The position numbers and the translations under genes are program-made. A model generated the notes under the pieces. The model was not told where the DNA came from. It did not search any database and saw only the letters and a program-made list of their open reading frames with translations. DNA of 64,000 bases from positions 1-64,000 of IMG/VR virus record IMGVR_UViG_2785511464_000001; one strand, 5' to 3'. The DNA comes from a virus (lineage: Duplodnaviria; Caudoviricetes). Positions 27,857 through 38,000 of the stretch are shown one piece after another (positions within the stretch are counted from its first letter, which is position 1; each line of letters begins with the position of its first letter).

Positions 27857-28837
27857 ATGTCCAGCAATAGCACCCTCCTTCGCAAGGCCGATCTCGCGAT
27901 TGAAGACCTTCGCGCCGACGGCGGCGAACTGAACCCCGAACAGGGCGCATCGTTCATCCGCAAGCTGATCAAGCAGCCTACGCTCATCCGGCGCTGCCGC
28001 GTTGTCGAGATGCTTGCCTCCAAGCGCAAGATCAACAAGATCGGCTTCGGTCGCCGCATCCTGCGCAAGGCAACGTCCGGCGTCGCCCTCACGCCGGCTC
28101 AGCGTTCCAAGCCCTCGACCGAACAGATCGAGCTCAACTCCAAGGAGCAGATCGCCGAGGTCCGGCTGCCCTACGACGTCCTGGAGGACAACATCGAGCG
28201 TGCGTCTGCCGCGAACAACGAAGGGTCGAACACCGGTCCCGGCGGTCTCCGCCAGACCATCATCGATCTGATCGCGGAGCGCGCGGCACTCGACACCGAA
28301 GAGCTCGGGCTTCTGTCCGACACCGACTACACCAACCCCGGCGACCCGGACGATGAAGAGTTCCTGGCGCAGGGTGACGGTTGGCTGAAGATCGGCAAGA
28401 CCGTTGGCAACGTCTATGACGTGAACAACCAGACGGTATCCAAGACGGTCTTCAAGAACGGCCTGAAGACGATGCCGGTGCAGTTCCAGCGCAACAAGCC
28501 GGCCATCAACCACTTCGTGTCGGTCAACCAGGAGACCGAGTATCGCGACACCCTCGCGGATCGCGGCACCGGCCTGGGCGACAACATGGTGCAGGGTACG
28601 GCTCCGGTCTTCGCCTACGGCTCCCCGGTCAGCGCGGTGTCCCTGATGCCGGAAGACACGGGCATCTACACGGACCCGATGAACCTGATCTTCGGTATCC
28701 AGCGCCAGGTGTCCATGGAGTTCGACAAGGACATCTCCGCACGAGTGTACATCATCGTGCTGACCATGCGTATCGACTTCCAGATCGAAGAAGCCGAGGC
28801 CGCCGTGGTCTACGAGAACATCGCTGACATGCCGTAA
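27857..28837 (+). CDS. Major capsid protein (HK97 fold, XkdG-like)
   Basis: GGELNPEQ..FI, LEDNIE, DGWLK, PMNLIFGIQR; position after the scaffold. Confidence 0.9.
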   Translation: MSSNSTLLRKADLAIEDLRADGGELNPEQGASFIRKLIKQPTLIRRCRVVEMLASKRKINKIGFGRRILRKATSGVALTPAQRSKPSTEQIELNSKEQIAEVRLPYDVLEDNIERASAANNEGSNTGPGGLRQTIIDLIAERAALDTEELGLLSDTDYTNPGDPDDEEFLAQGDGWLKIGKTVGNVYDVNNQTVSKTVFKNGLKTMPVQFQRNKPAINHFVSVNQETEYRDTLADRGTGLGDNMVQGTAPVFAYGSPVSAVSLMPEDTGIYTDPMNLIFGIQRQVSMEFDKDISARVYIIVLTMRIDFQIEEAEAAVVYENIADMP

Positions 28838-28860
28838 GGCGTTAGTGAAATTAATTGCAC

Positions 28861-28899
28861 GCGGGGCTGGTCTATCGTAGGCTGGCCCCGCTTGTTTTT
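28861..28899 (+). terminator. Intrinsic terminator after the capsid gene
   Basis: GCGGGGCTGGTCTA-tcg-TAGGCTGGCCCCGC followed by TTGTTTTT. Confidence 0.7.
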
Positions 28900-28920
28900 G
28901 TGGCAGCTAAGGAGAGCGAA

Positions 28921-29496
28921 ATGCCAACTGCAAAACTGCTTGAGCCGGCCCGGCTTAATTACCTCGGACGTCTCTGGGAGAAGGGTGTCGAGGAGCCCAT
29001 CGACAACGAGACCGCCGCGATCCTCGACGAGAACCCGCGCTTCAAGGTTCGGGGCTTCGCGGGCAGCACCGCCAACTTCGACGACGATGACGTGATCACC
29101 CGCCCCACGACGAAAGACGCCCTGGGGGAGGCCATCCGCGAAGTCGTGGACGCTCTCGATGTGGACGAAGAGACCAACTTCACGGCATCAGGCGCACCGC
29201 ACCCGTTCGCGGTTGCTTCCGCCCTGGGCTACGCCGTGTCGGCGGCGGACATCAAGGCCGCCATGGGCAAGGGCGGTACGAAGGACGCCACGGCGAACGA
29301 TCTCGTGGACGGTGACAAGGGCAAGGCCCGTTCCGGCGTCAAGATCAAGCGTGTGCCCCGCACCGACGCGGCCAAGCACGTCGCACAGGCCGCCCAGAAG
29401 GAGAAGGCTTCCGCAGCCAAGGCCCCGGCCAAGCAGCCCGAGGCCGACCCTGCTGGCGCGAATGACCCGACCACCGAAGGCGCTGTGGAGGTTTAA
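28921..29496 (+). CDS. Hypothetical virion protein
   Basis: SD AAGGAG; follows the capsid gene. Confidence 0.6.
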   Translation: MPTAKLLEPARLNYLGRLWEKGVEEPIDNETAAILDENPRFKVRGFAGSTANFDDDDVITRPTTKDALGEAIREVVDALDVDEETNFTASGAPHPFAVASALGYAVSAADIKAAMGKGGTKDATANDLVDGDKGKARSGVKIKRVPRTDAAKHVAQAAQKEKASAAKAPAKQPEADPAGANDPTTEGAVEV

Positions 29497-29500
29497 CAAC

Positions 29501-30082
29501 ATGCTCCTGACTTCTGCCGCTGCCGTTCGAGAAGAGCTCGGCTTCGACGACATGACCGACATCAACGATGCGGTCGCCATGGCGTTGAACGCCGCCGAGC
29601 CTCAGCTGGCTTCCGCGCTCAACACCTCGTTCGGCAGGGCGGAGGTCACGGATACCTTCTGGGTGCCAGAGCCCACCGTGGTTGACGGCCCCCACCGCAA
29701 GACAGAGTTCTGGCTGTCACGGGGATTTGTCTTCGGCGACCTGACGGTGGCCGGCTTTGATGTTCCGCCGGACGCCATAAAGCTGAACCGGGAACGGGGT
29801 GTCGCCCGTGATTGGGAGACCTTCTATGTCCGGGCGCACGTGGCGCTGACCTACACCGCAGGCTTCGAGGCGGACGAAACCAACCCCAAGCAGTACAAGC
29901 TTGACCAGGTGCCTTCGTGGCTCCAGGAGGCGGCTCGCCTTCAGGCCCTCGTGCACCTGTCCAGCGCAGCACCGATTACCGAAGCAGGCATCTCCATTGA
30001 TGTCGAGACCTGCAGGACGCAGCTCGCGTCCCTGATGACGGACCACAGCCGATACGCGCCTATGGCGATCCACCCCCTGTGA
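29501..30082 (+). CDS. Head-tail adaptor
   Basis: LTYTAGF...VPSWLQEAA; position. Confidence 0.65.
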   Translation: MLLTSAAAVREELGFDDMTDINDAVAMALNAAEPQLASALNTSFGRAEVTDTFWVPEPTVVDGPHRKTEFWLSRGFVFGDLTVAGFDVPPDAIKLNRERGVARDWETFYVRAHVALTYTAGFEADETNPKQYKLDQVPSWLQEAARLQALVHLSSAAPITEAGISIDVETCRTQLASLMTDHSRYAPMAIHPL

Positions 30083-30088
30083 GGGCGC

Positions 30089-30736
30089 ATGGCGAACGAC
30101 CTCACACTTGAGTTCCAGTTCCGAAACCGGCGGTTCAAGGACGCCGAAAAGGGCCTCCGAACCTTCCACCGGGTGCTCAAGAAGGATTGGGACGGTTCTG
30201 CCAAGGTGCTCAGCGCCGAGTTGCGGGGTTTTCTGGACGCTGTGGCTCAGGCTCTCGTTGAGCGGCACTCCGGGGCTTGGCCCGGCGGCACCACCACGAA
30301 CACCCTGTCCCGACGCTCCGGCGGCATGCTTGAGAGCATCGTGAACAGCGTCGATGTGCGCGGGCAGACGTTCACTACGATTGAGGGGGTCATCGGCGGC
30401 TCCTTCATTGCCGGGGTGCAAGAGTTCGGGGCGACGATCAAACCCAAGTCCGCCAAGTATCTGACCGTCCCGCTCCCAGCCGCCCTGAACTCGGATGGCA
30501 CGCCCATCAAGAAGTCCGCGCGGGAGTGGCCGAACACCTTTGTCGCCCGCAGCAAGGCCGGCAACCTCATCATTTTCCAGAGGCGGGGCGCGCAGATCAT
30601 CCCGCTGTATGTCCTGAAGACCAGCGTCACGATCCCCCCGAGGCTTGGCATGCAGGCCACGCTTTCGGCAGGGCTCCCGTATTTCGTGGACCGGGCCATG
30701 GACGAGATTGTTCGAGCCGTGGTCGCGGCGAAGTGA
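30089..30736 (+). CDS. Neck / tail-completion protein (HK97 gp10-like)
   Basis: RSGGMLESI, QEFGATIKPKSAKYL, VTIPPR. Confidence 0.7.
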   Translation: MANDLTLEFQFRNRRFKDAEKGLRTFHRVLKKDWDGSAKVLSAELRGFLDAVAQALVERHSGAWPGGTTTNTLSRRSGGMLESIVNSVDVRGQTFTTIEGVIGGSFIAGVQEFGATIKPKSAKYLTVPLPAALNSDGTPIKKSAREWPNTFVARSKAGNLIIFQRRGAQIIPLYVLKTSVTIPPRLGMQATLSAGLPYFVDRAMDEIVRAVVAAK

Positions 30737-30742
30737 GGCATC

Positions 30743-31234
30743 ATGACCGAGAGCGTTCGCAAGCTCATCCTGAGAAACATTGAGGCGGCCTACAAGTCGG
30801 TGCAGCCGCCGGCCCCAGGCGACCCCGTGACCGATGACGACTGGCCGTTTGCCTTCTCGTCAGTGGAGATCGGGCCTCTGGCCGACGAGGATCACCGCAG
30901 GCGCTTCTCCATCGGTATTGTGGCCGGACCCGAGAAAGAGCGGTTCACCATCCCGTTCATCGAGTGCAACTGGACCGTGGGGGTGGAGTTCCGCGCTACG
31001 ATCAACAGGGGTGACCCGAGACCTGCTCTGGTGGCTGAGGACGTCCTGACCGTGGTGAAGCGCGTGGTGGACATCGACCGCACCTGGGGCGGTCTTGCCG
31101 TGGACACGAAGCGCAAAGGCAACGAACTCGACCTAACGACCTACGGGGACAAGACCGTGGTCGGCGTGATGTTCATGGAGATCATGTTCCGGCATTCGCA
31201 TATCGACACGCGTGATCGACACCCGGACCCGTAG
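30743..31234 (+). CDS. Tail terminator-like protein
   Basis: Size, position and TWGGLAVD. Confidence 0.55.
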   Translation: MTESVRKLILRNIEAAYKSVQPPAPGDPVTDDDWPFAFSSVEIGPLADEDHRRRFSIGIVAGPEKERFTIPFIECNWTVGVEFRATINRGDPRPALVAEDVLTVVKRVVDIDRTWGGLAVDTKRKGNELDLTTYGDKTVVGVMFMEIMFRHSHIDTRDRHPDP

Positions 31235-31317
31235 GCGTACCGCGCAGGGGCACCGCCGTTGACCGTTGGCAGGAGTATGCAATTAATTGCACTCTCAACG
31301 AAGACGAGGTTCGTGCC

Positions 31318-31524
31318 GTGAGCAGCAAACTCAAGATCAGCAAGACCAAGACCCCGGTGGATGACTACGCCGAGGATGAAGTCGAGACGGTGGTCGAAGA
31401 CCCCGTGGCCGAGCCTGTTGCCGAAGCTCCCGCCGAACCAGCAACCGAAACTCCCAAACCCGAAGACTACGGCAAGGGCGGTGTCTACCGCTCGGTTGGG
31501 GGAGGCAAACGGGTCCGCGTCTAA
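31318..31524 (+). CDS. Small hypothetical protein
   Basis: Acidic/Pro-rich, GKGGVY...GGKRVR tail. Confidence 0.5.
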   Translation: MSSKLKISKTKTPVDDYAEDEVETVVEDPVAEPVAEAPAEPATETPKPEDYGKGGVYRSVGGGKRVRV

Positions 31525-31560
31525 CCCGCCCTCCGCACTCAGAAAAGGAAAAGGTGCCCC

Positions 31561-31929
31561 ATGCCTATCGAACCCCTGAAGAAGAAGGCGTTCTCCGGTA
31601 CGTCCAACATTTTCAACGGCTTCCTCGAAAAGAAGCTCAACGAGATCATTACGGCTGTGAATGGCGGTGGCGGCGGTGGTGGCCCCGCATCCGTGGCTTG
31701 GGGTGACGTCACGGATAAGCCGGTGGTGATCGCTGCCGGTGCTGACGCTGCTGCCGCTCGCCTGGCCATTGAGGCCGGCACCTCCGACCTTACGGCTGCG
31801 GACGCTGTTGCCGCTGTGGCCGCCAAGACGGAGGTCGCAGCTCTCGCACCCATTGCCGATCCCGGAACGGCCACGGCCACCGAAGTGGCGACGGCATACA
31901 ACGCGCTCGTCGCGGCCCTCAAAGCCTAA
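31561..31929 (+). CDS. Head-fibre / decoration-like protein
   Basis: WGDVTDKP and ATAYNALVAALKA fibre motifs. Confidence 0.55.
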   Translation: MPIEPLKKKAFSGTSNIFNGFLEKKLNEIITAVNGGGGGGGPASVAWGDVTDKPVVIAAGADAAAARLAIEAGTSDLTAADAVAAVAAKTEVAALAPIADPGTATATEVATAYNALVAALKA

Positions 31930-31970
31930 GCGCCAACGGACAGGCGAACTCCAACAGAAGGACATAAGCT

Positions 31971-33218
31971 ATGACCGTTGCAGCTCCTCTCCTCACGCGG
32001 CGTGCTGTCTTGCAGGCCGCGATTGAGGCGACCTACCGCGATGAGGCTGTGGTCGGGGTCAACGACGCGCTCTACGTGCAGGAGCCCGATTACTCCGTGG
32101 ACGTCAACCTGCTCGAACGAGACTTCGCGCGGGACGACCTTTCTCCTCTGCCGAACATCGTGGGTCGCCGTCTCGCGTCCATGACCTTCACGACAGAGCT
32201 GAAGGGGTCCGGGTTCCAGCACAGTGGCGACATCAACGACGCCCCGCTCATCTCGCGCCTGTTCCGGGCCTGCGGCTATTCGCTCACCGCGAATGCTGCG
32301 CCGGACAGCACCGTGATGTATCCGCTCGGCACCCACAATGTGGAAGTGGCCTGGGCCGTCGATGTCTCGGCGGCAGCGCACACCGAGCTGATCAATTACA
32401 CCGTGGAAGTCGTCACGGGCGGCGCGTCTGGTGTGGCCGAGGTCATCGTCCATTCCGACACCGCTGGTGAGGACGCGGCGGCAGCCATCGTCACGGACGG
32501 GCAGCCAATCACTCTGGGCACGTCCGGCGTCACCGTGACGCCTACCTGGTCGGGTGATCTTCAGGTGGGCAAGCGCTGGACAATCTGGGCCATGCCCACG
32601 GGTCTGCGCCTCGACCCGATCTCGGACAACTTCGAGAGCCTGACGCTCGTCCTGAACATGGACGGTGTGCAGCACAAGATGCTGGGCTCGCTGGGCACCT
32701 TCTCGGTCACTGCCGAGGCCGGCGATTACGCTCGCATCGAATGGGAGTTTCAGGGCACGTTCCTTGATCCCGAAGATGTGCCGATGCCGATCTGCAATTA
32801 CGAGAAGTCCCTGCCGTCCCAGGTGGAGCTTGCTCGTCTGCGGGTGGATCGCGATTACACGATTGTCAACGCCTTCAATTACACGCAGGGCAACGACATT
32901 CAGATCAGGCCGGACGTCAGCTCCAAGGAAGGCTATGTGGGCACCCGCATCGTCTCCCGTGCGCCGGAAGGGGGTATCGACCCCGAAGCCGAGCTGGTCG
33001 CCAACCACGACTTCTGGGGCAAGATGGGCCGGGCCGACCGTCTCACCTTCCAGATGCGCGTGGGCAAGGAGCCCGGCAACACCGTCTGGTTCCTCGCGCC
33101 GAGCGTCCAGTACACGGGTCTGACCTATCAGGATCGGAACGGCATCAGAACCTACGACGCCCAGCTTCGCTTCTCGCGGGTTCTGGGCAACGACGAGCTG
33201 TGCATCGTCTTGATCTGA
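31971..33218 (+). CDS. Major tail tube protein
   Basis: AIEATY.., FTTELKGSG, APSVQY, DEL.I; followed by a terminator and chaperones. Confidence 0.8.
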   Translation: MTVAAPLLTRRAVLQAAIEATYRDEAVVGVNDALYVQEPDYSVDVNLLERDFARDDLSPLPNIVGRRLASMTFTTELKGSGFQHSGDINDAPLISRLFRACGYSLTANAAPDSTVMYPLGTHNVEVAWAVDVSAAAHTELINYTVEVVTGGASGVAEVIVHSDTAGEDAAAAIVTDGQPITLGTSGVTVTPTWSGDLQVGKRWTIWAMPTGLRLDPISDNFESLTLVLNMDGVQHKMLGSLGTFSVTAEAGDYARIEWEFQGTFLDPEDVPMPICNYEKSLPSQVELARLRVDRDYTIVNAFNYTQGNDIQIRPDVSSKEGYVGTRIVSRAPEGGIDPEAELVANHDFWGKMGRADRLTFQMRVGKEPGNTVWFLAPSVQYTGLTYQDRNGIRTYDAQLRFSRVLGNDELCIVLI

Positions 33219-33246
33219 CGTGTGCAATTAATTGCAATTTGGTCTC

Positions 33247-33280
33247 AGGGGGAGGGTGGTTTCACTCTCCCCCTTTGCAT
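33247..33280 (+). terminator. Terminator-like hairpin after the tail tube gene
   Basis: AGGGGGAGGGTG-gttt-CACTCTCCCCCT then TTGCAT. Confidence 0.55.
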
Positions 33281-33292
33281 TTGGAGGATCAG

Positions 33293-33490
33293 ATGGCCGG
33301 GTATTCCGTCCGGGTTTACGTGGTGCAGCTCGCTGATGCGCAGGGGAACCTGACCGGCCCCGTGGTGGCTGCAAAGCTCACGTACAAAGCAGCGCACGAG
33401 ATCGCCAAAGAATATGCGCCGGCAAAGGTGACTCCGATGATTGCCGACAAGTCCAGTGTGCCGAATAATCCAGACTTTCATTCGACTTAG
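33293..33490 (+). CDS. Small hypothetical protein (moron)
   Basis: SD GGAGG, 65 aa. Confidence 0.5.
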   Translation: MAGYSVRVYVVQLADAQGNLTGPVVAAKLTYKAAHEIAKEYAPAKVTPMIADKSSVPNNPDFHST

Positions 33491-33556
33491 ACATCGGGTT
33501 TTCAGATTATCTTTACGCCCGCAGGGTATTCTTCTTGAAAGAAGGAGGATCACCCC

Positions 33557-33940
33557 ATGGCAAAGAAGCAAAAAACCCACGAGTGGAAGCCCAAGCGGAT
33601 CGTGTCTGTCCTTGGTGTAGCCGCAGCCATTTTCGGGGTCACTCAGTATTTCGGGTATCGCGAAGCCGAGGCGTTCAAACGCGGCGAGTCTTTCTACGAC
33701 GGCACCCAATGCCTGTCCTCCTGGGACGGCAGCCCAAGGAACCTGGTGTTCGCCGTCGAGGACAAGCTGAAAGACCCCGACAGCTTCCAGCACATCGAGA
33801 CCCGATACAACAACGCTGACCCGAAAAAGATCGTCGTGCGGATGGAGTACCGGGCACGAAACAGCTTCGGCGGCTACGTCGTTGAGACGGCTTACGGCGA
33901 GCTCGACAAGAACAACTGCAAAGTCCTCCGCGCCTGGTGA
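33557..33940 (+). CDS. Membrane-anchored exported protein (moron)
   Basis: N-terminal TM segment; LKDPDS...YRARNSFGGYV; SD AAGGAGG. Confidence 0.7.
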   Translation: MAKKQKTHEWKPKRIVSVLGVAAAIFGVTQYFGYREAEAFKRGESFYDGTQCLSSWDGSPRNLVFAVEDKLKDPDSFQHIETRYNNADPKKIVVRMEYRARNSFGGYVVETAYGELDKNNCKVLRAW

Positions 33941-34059
33941 CTCCGGCGCGGTTTTTGGTCCAGCGAGTTTGCAATTAATTGCACGGGCCTGATGCCTCTA
34001 GTAGGTTGCCGGGACTGCTCATAAGGGCAGCCACCGCCACGCAGCCAGGAGGCAGATTG

Positions 34060-34548
34060 ATGGCACTGATCGCGATGACCGTCTCGGATACGGTCGAACA
34101 CGTTTCCGTCAAAGACCCCGCACGCACCGTCACGAAGGTTCCCGTCGATGAGAACGACCCTTCCAAGGGTATGCGCGACCAGGTGAACATCGCCGATGGT
34201 GCGACCAAGTTCTTCCTGAAGCCGCTCGACGTGTTCCTGATGGGCTACATCTACGACAACGCGTCCTCGCTCTCCGGCAAGGAAGGCAGCGACGAGATCG
34301 GCATTAAGACCCGCGTCAACCAGACCAACATCGACGCGGTGCGGCACGGCCTGGCCGGCTTCCAGAACTTCCTCGACGCCAAGGGCACCCACATCAAGTT
34401 CAGCACGGTCAAGATCGCCGTGAACGGTCGCGAATACGAAGTGGCCGACGACGAGACCATGAAGAAGCTGGGCATCCGCCTGATCCAGGAGCTTGCTGCC
34501 CGGATCAAGGAGATCAGTGAGGTCTCGGCGGAAGAGGAAAAAAACTAA
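34060..34548 (+). CDS. Tail assembly chaperone (gpG-like)
   Basis: Ends EEKN* on the slippery site A AAA AAC; upstream of the tape measure gene. Confidence 0.85.
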   Translation: MALIAMTVSDTVEHVSVKDPARTVTKVPVDENDPSKGMRDQVNIADGATKFFLKPLDVFLMGYIYDNASSLSGKEGSDEIGIKTRVNQTNIDAVRHGLAGFQNFLDAKGTHIKFSTVKIAVNGREYEVADDETMKKLGIRLIQELAARIKEISEVSAEEEKN

Positions 34549-34973
34549 GAAGGGGCGTCACCGTTGTCCGGTTGATGCCTGAGCGCGAATGCGTGGGGTG
34601 CTCAAAGCAGAAGGAGTGGGGCTGTACGGCTAAGCGGTGGAAGGACCATCTTCCACACGAGCCTGACGTCCCCGGCAACTGGATCAGGCCGGCCAAAGTG
34701 CCGGTCACGATCCTCGGGGATACGCTCTACTCCTGCCCCCGGCAGAACCTGCACCAGAACCCGCAATACTGGAGCTGGTTGCTGAAGTTCTACGGCTTCT
34801 ACAAGAAGGGCTTCCTACCCGGCCCCGGAGGCATACTGGACCAGTCCAACAAGGCTATCGAGGTGTTTCGCATCCTCGACGATGCCAACGACCAGTGTGA
34901 TCGCGTCGAAGACGAGAAGCGTAAAAAGAGGGGAGCCAAAGGGTCACCTCCAGTACAGCGTCCTTCGCGTTGA
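34539..34973 (+). CDS. Tail assembly chaperone -1 frameshift extension (gpGT-like)
   Basis: The -1 frame is open from the slippery site (KLRRGVTVVRLMPEREC...) to 34973. Confidence 0.8.
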   Translation, partial: KKLRRGVTVVRLMPERECVGCSKQKEWGCTAKRWKDHLPHEPDVPGNWIRPAKVPVTILGDTLYSCPRQNLHQNPQYWSWLLKFYGFYKKGFLPGPGGILDQSNKAIEVFRILDDANDQCDRVEDEKRKKRGAKGSPPVQRPSR

Positions 34974-35001
34974 TGAAATTAATTGCACACGGTGATGCCC
35001 C

Positions 35002-38000
35002 ATGAACGGCGAAGAGCTAGAATTCATCCTTCGTATGCGCGACGAAGCCACCGCCATCCTTGACAAGGTGGGCGGTGGTCTCGGCAAGGCCGGCAAGGGG
35101 GCCAAAGGCTTCTCCGACGAGAACAAGAAGGTCAGCCGGAGCCTGGGTGATGTCGTCAAGCAGGCCAAGGCGGCTACGGCGGCCCTCGGCGGCATGTACG
35201 GCTCCATGCGCATGCTTCGGAGCGCCACCAACGCCTGGAGCGATTACCAGCTCGGCCTCGTGGGTGTGGTGAAGACCACGGGTATGGCCGGTCGCGAGCT
35301 CGATGTCTTCCGGGGCAAGTTCGATCAGCTCGACCGGACGATGAAGGGCATCTCGACCCAGCAAATCCACGCACTCTCCGAGACCGTGGGCCAGCTGGGT
35401 GTGACGGGCTCCGACAACATCGTCGCCATGACCGAAGTGCTGGCCAAGCTCGGCGTGACCACGGACATCGTGGGGCAGGAGGGGGCATCCTCCGTGGCCC
35501 GTATTCTTACGCTCACGGGTGAGGGGGCCAAAGGCGTCCGCGAGTTCGGTGACGCGCTGAACTACCTCGGCAACAACTCGGCAGCGTCCGAGAGTGAAAT
35601 CCTACGCATGGCCACGGTGCTTGCTCAGTCCACGGCTGAGTTCGGTATCTCCGGCAAGAACATTCTGGCCCTGTCTGCCGGCGCTCGGCAGCTGGGGGTG
35701 AGCTTCGAGCTCTTCGGCACTTCGTCTGGTCGGGTGCTGCGCAACCTGCGCGACGGCATGATGGCCAATACGACCGGCTTCAGGACATTCCTTTCCGTGG
35801 CCGGCATGACGCGCGAAGAGTTCCAGAAGCTGCTGGCCGAGAAGCCCGAGCAGGTCATTGTGCGTTTTGCCCAGGCATACGCCCAGATGACGGGTAGCGG
35901 TGGTTCCGCTGGCTTCCTCCAGGCGCTGGGTCTGAACACCGACGAGATCAAACGCGTCTTCGGTGCCATCGGCGTGCAGGTCGAGGCCATGCAGGAGAAG
36001 CTGAACCTCGTACAGAGCGACGAGATGTACGGGGCGCTGGATCGTGAAGCCGAGCAGTTCTTTGCTGCTCAGGCGAACCAGCTCGACGGTATGGCTAAGG
36101 CGTGGAAGTCGTTCAACGCGTCTGTCGGCGAGGCCCTTGCACCCCTGACAGGGCCGGTTATCGAAGGTGTGACGCAAGCCCTCTACGGGCTTTCCGACGC
36201 CATCAGCGGTTTGCCCGCCGGCATCAAGCAGGTTGCTGCAGCCGGGATCGTGCTCGCACCCGCCATTGGTGGTATCGCCGCAGCGTTCAAGGTGCTGAAG
36301 CCTCTCCTCGTGTCCGTCGGTATGTGGAAGACCGCCAGCGGTGGTGTGGGCATCCTCGCCAAGGCCGTCGGCGGGCTCAAGGGGGCTGTCTCTCTGGCGG
36401 GACGGGTCATCAGCCGCACATGGCCGGTTCTTGTCGGTCTGCTGGCTGGTGAGGCCGCGCGCGCAGGCGGCGACTGGATCGCCGAATGGGCGGAGCGCAA
36501 TCTGGGAGAAACCACCCTCAGCAAGCTCGCCGCGTTCCGCAAGGAGTACGAAGGCTTCTTCGACTTCATGGCTCAAGATTTGGTGACCGGGGTTATCCAG
36601 TCCGGCCCGAACGCGGGCATCAATTACCGCACAGGCCAGCGTGAGTATGAGCAGAATGACAAGGGTGAGTGGGTAAAGTACACGCCCAAGGTAGAGCTGC
36701 AGCCCGATTGGGGCGACGGGATCGGCAGCACGCTGCGCGACCGGGTTCAGGACGAGGTTGATGCCGCCGGCCCGGTGCGCATCCCTGTGACCGAAGAGGA
36801 TTACGACGCCCTCAAGGCGCTCAACTCCCAGATCGGCCTGCTCGAAGACATCAGGGCGCAGGAAGAGGCGCTGAACCGTATCCGCGAGAGCGGTATGGAC
36901 ATGCTGCGCAATCACAACGACGCGTTGTCCGAGCAGGACGTTGAGCGCGCCCAGCGGCTCCTCGACCTCAAGAAGGAGGCCGCTGCCGATCCAGTTGGCT
37001 GGTCTCTGCGTGATCTGGACAGCGAAATTGATGCGGCGCGCGCCGTAACCAGCGAGCAGAAGCACCAGCTGGCGATCCGCGAGAAGGTGCGTGAGATCGT
37101 TGAGCAGACCGGCGAGTCCGAAGAGCGTGTGCTTGGGCGCGTCACCGCCAAGATGAATGAGCTCCGGGACGCTCAGTCGAAGATGAACTTCAACGACATG
37201 ATCCGGGACTACAACTCGGACATCGAGGCGGCACGCGCAGTCACGGTTGAGGCTCGTATGGAGCTGGAAGTTCGCGAAGCCATCCGCGACCTGCAGGAAG
37301 AGGGCAAGAAGCTCGACGAAGAACAGGTTGCCGCCATTCGTGGCAAGGTGCAGGAGCTTTACAAGGTCCAGCAGGCCAACGCCTTCGAAGACCAGATGCG
37401 CGCCGCTCGCAGCAGCCTGGACATTGCCCGCGCAACCACGGAGGCCGAGCGTGAGCGGCTGCAGATCAAGCAGCAGATCGACGCGTTCGAGCGCCAGCAC
37501 GGCAAGCTCGCCCCCGAGGACCGCCAGCAGCTCGCCGCAGCACTGGCCGCCAAGAACCAGGCGGAGGCGTTCGGTCAGCTCCGGTCCACTCTGGACCCGG
37601 TGGGCGAGGCCACGCGTCAGTACGAGCAGAACGTCCAGACGCTGAACCAGGCGCTCGCCGACGGCAGCATCACGGCACAGCAGTATCAGGACATGCTGAA
37701 CCGCCTCAACGTCACCACGCAGGACGCCCGTGACCCGTTCGGGGCGCAAATCCGATCCATGCAGGAGGCCCTGCAGGTTGCCCGCATGACGGGCGACTAT
37801 CGCGATGCCGACGTGAAGACCCTCCAGACGATCAATCGTCTTCAGGAGCAGGGCGTCACGCTCTCGCAGACCCAGAAGGATCAGATCGCGGCCATGAACC
37901 GCGAGCTTCAGGACATCGAGAAGGCGCGCGGCAGCGGTCTTCAGGGCTGGGCGAGCGGCATCGGCTCCCTGAAGGACAACCTGATGGACCTGACCAAGGA

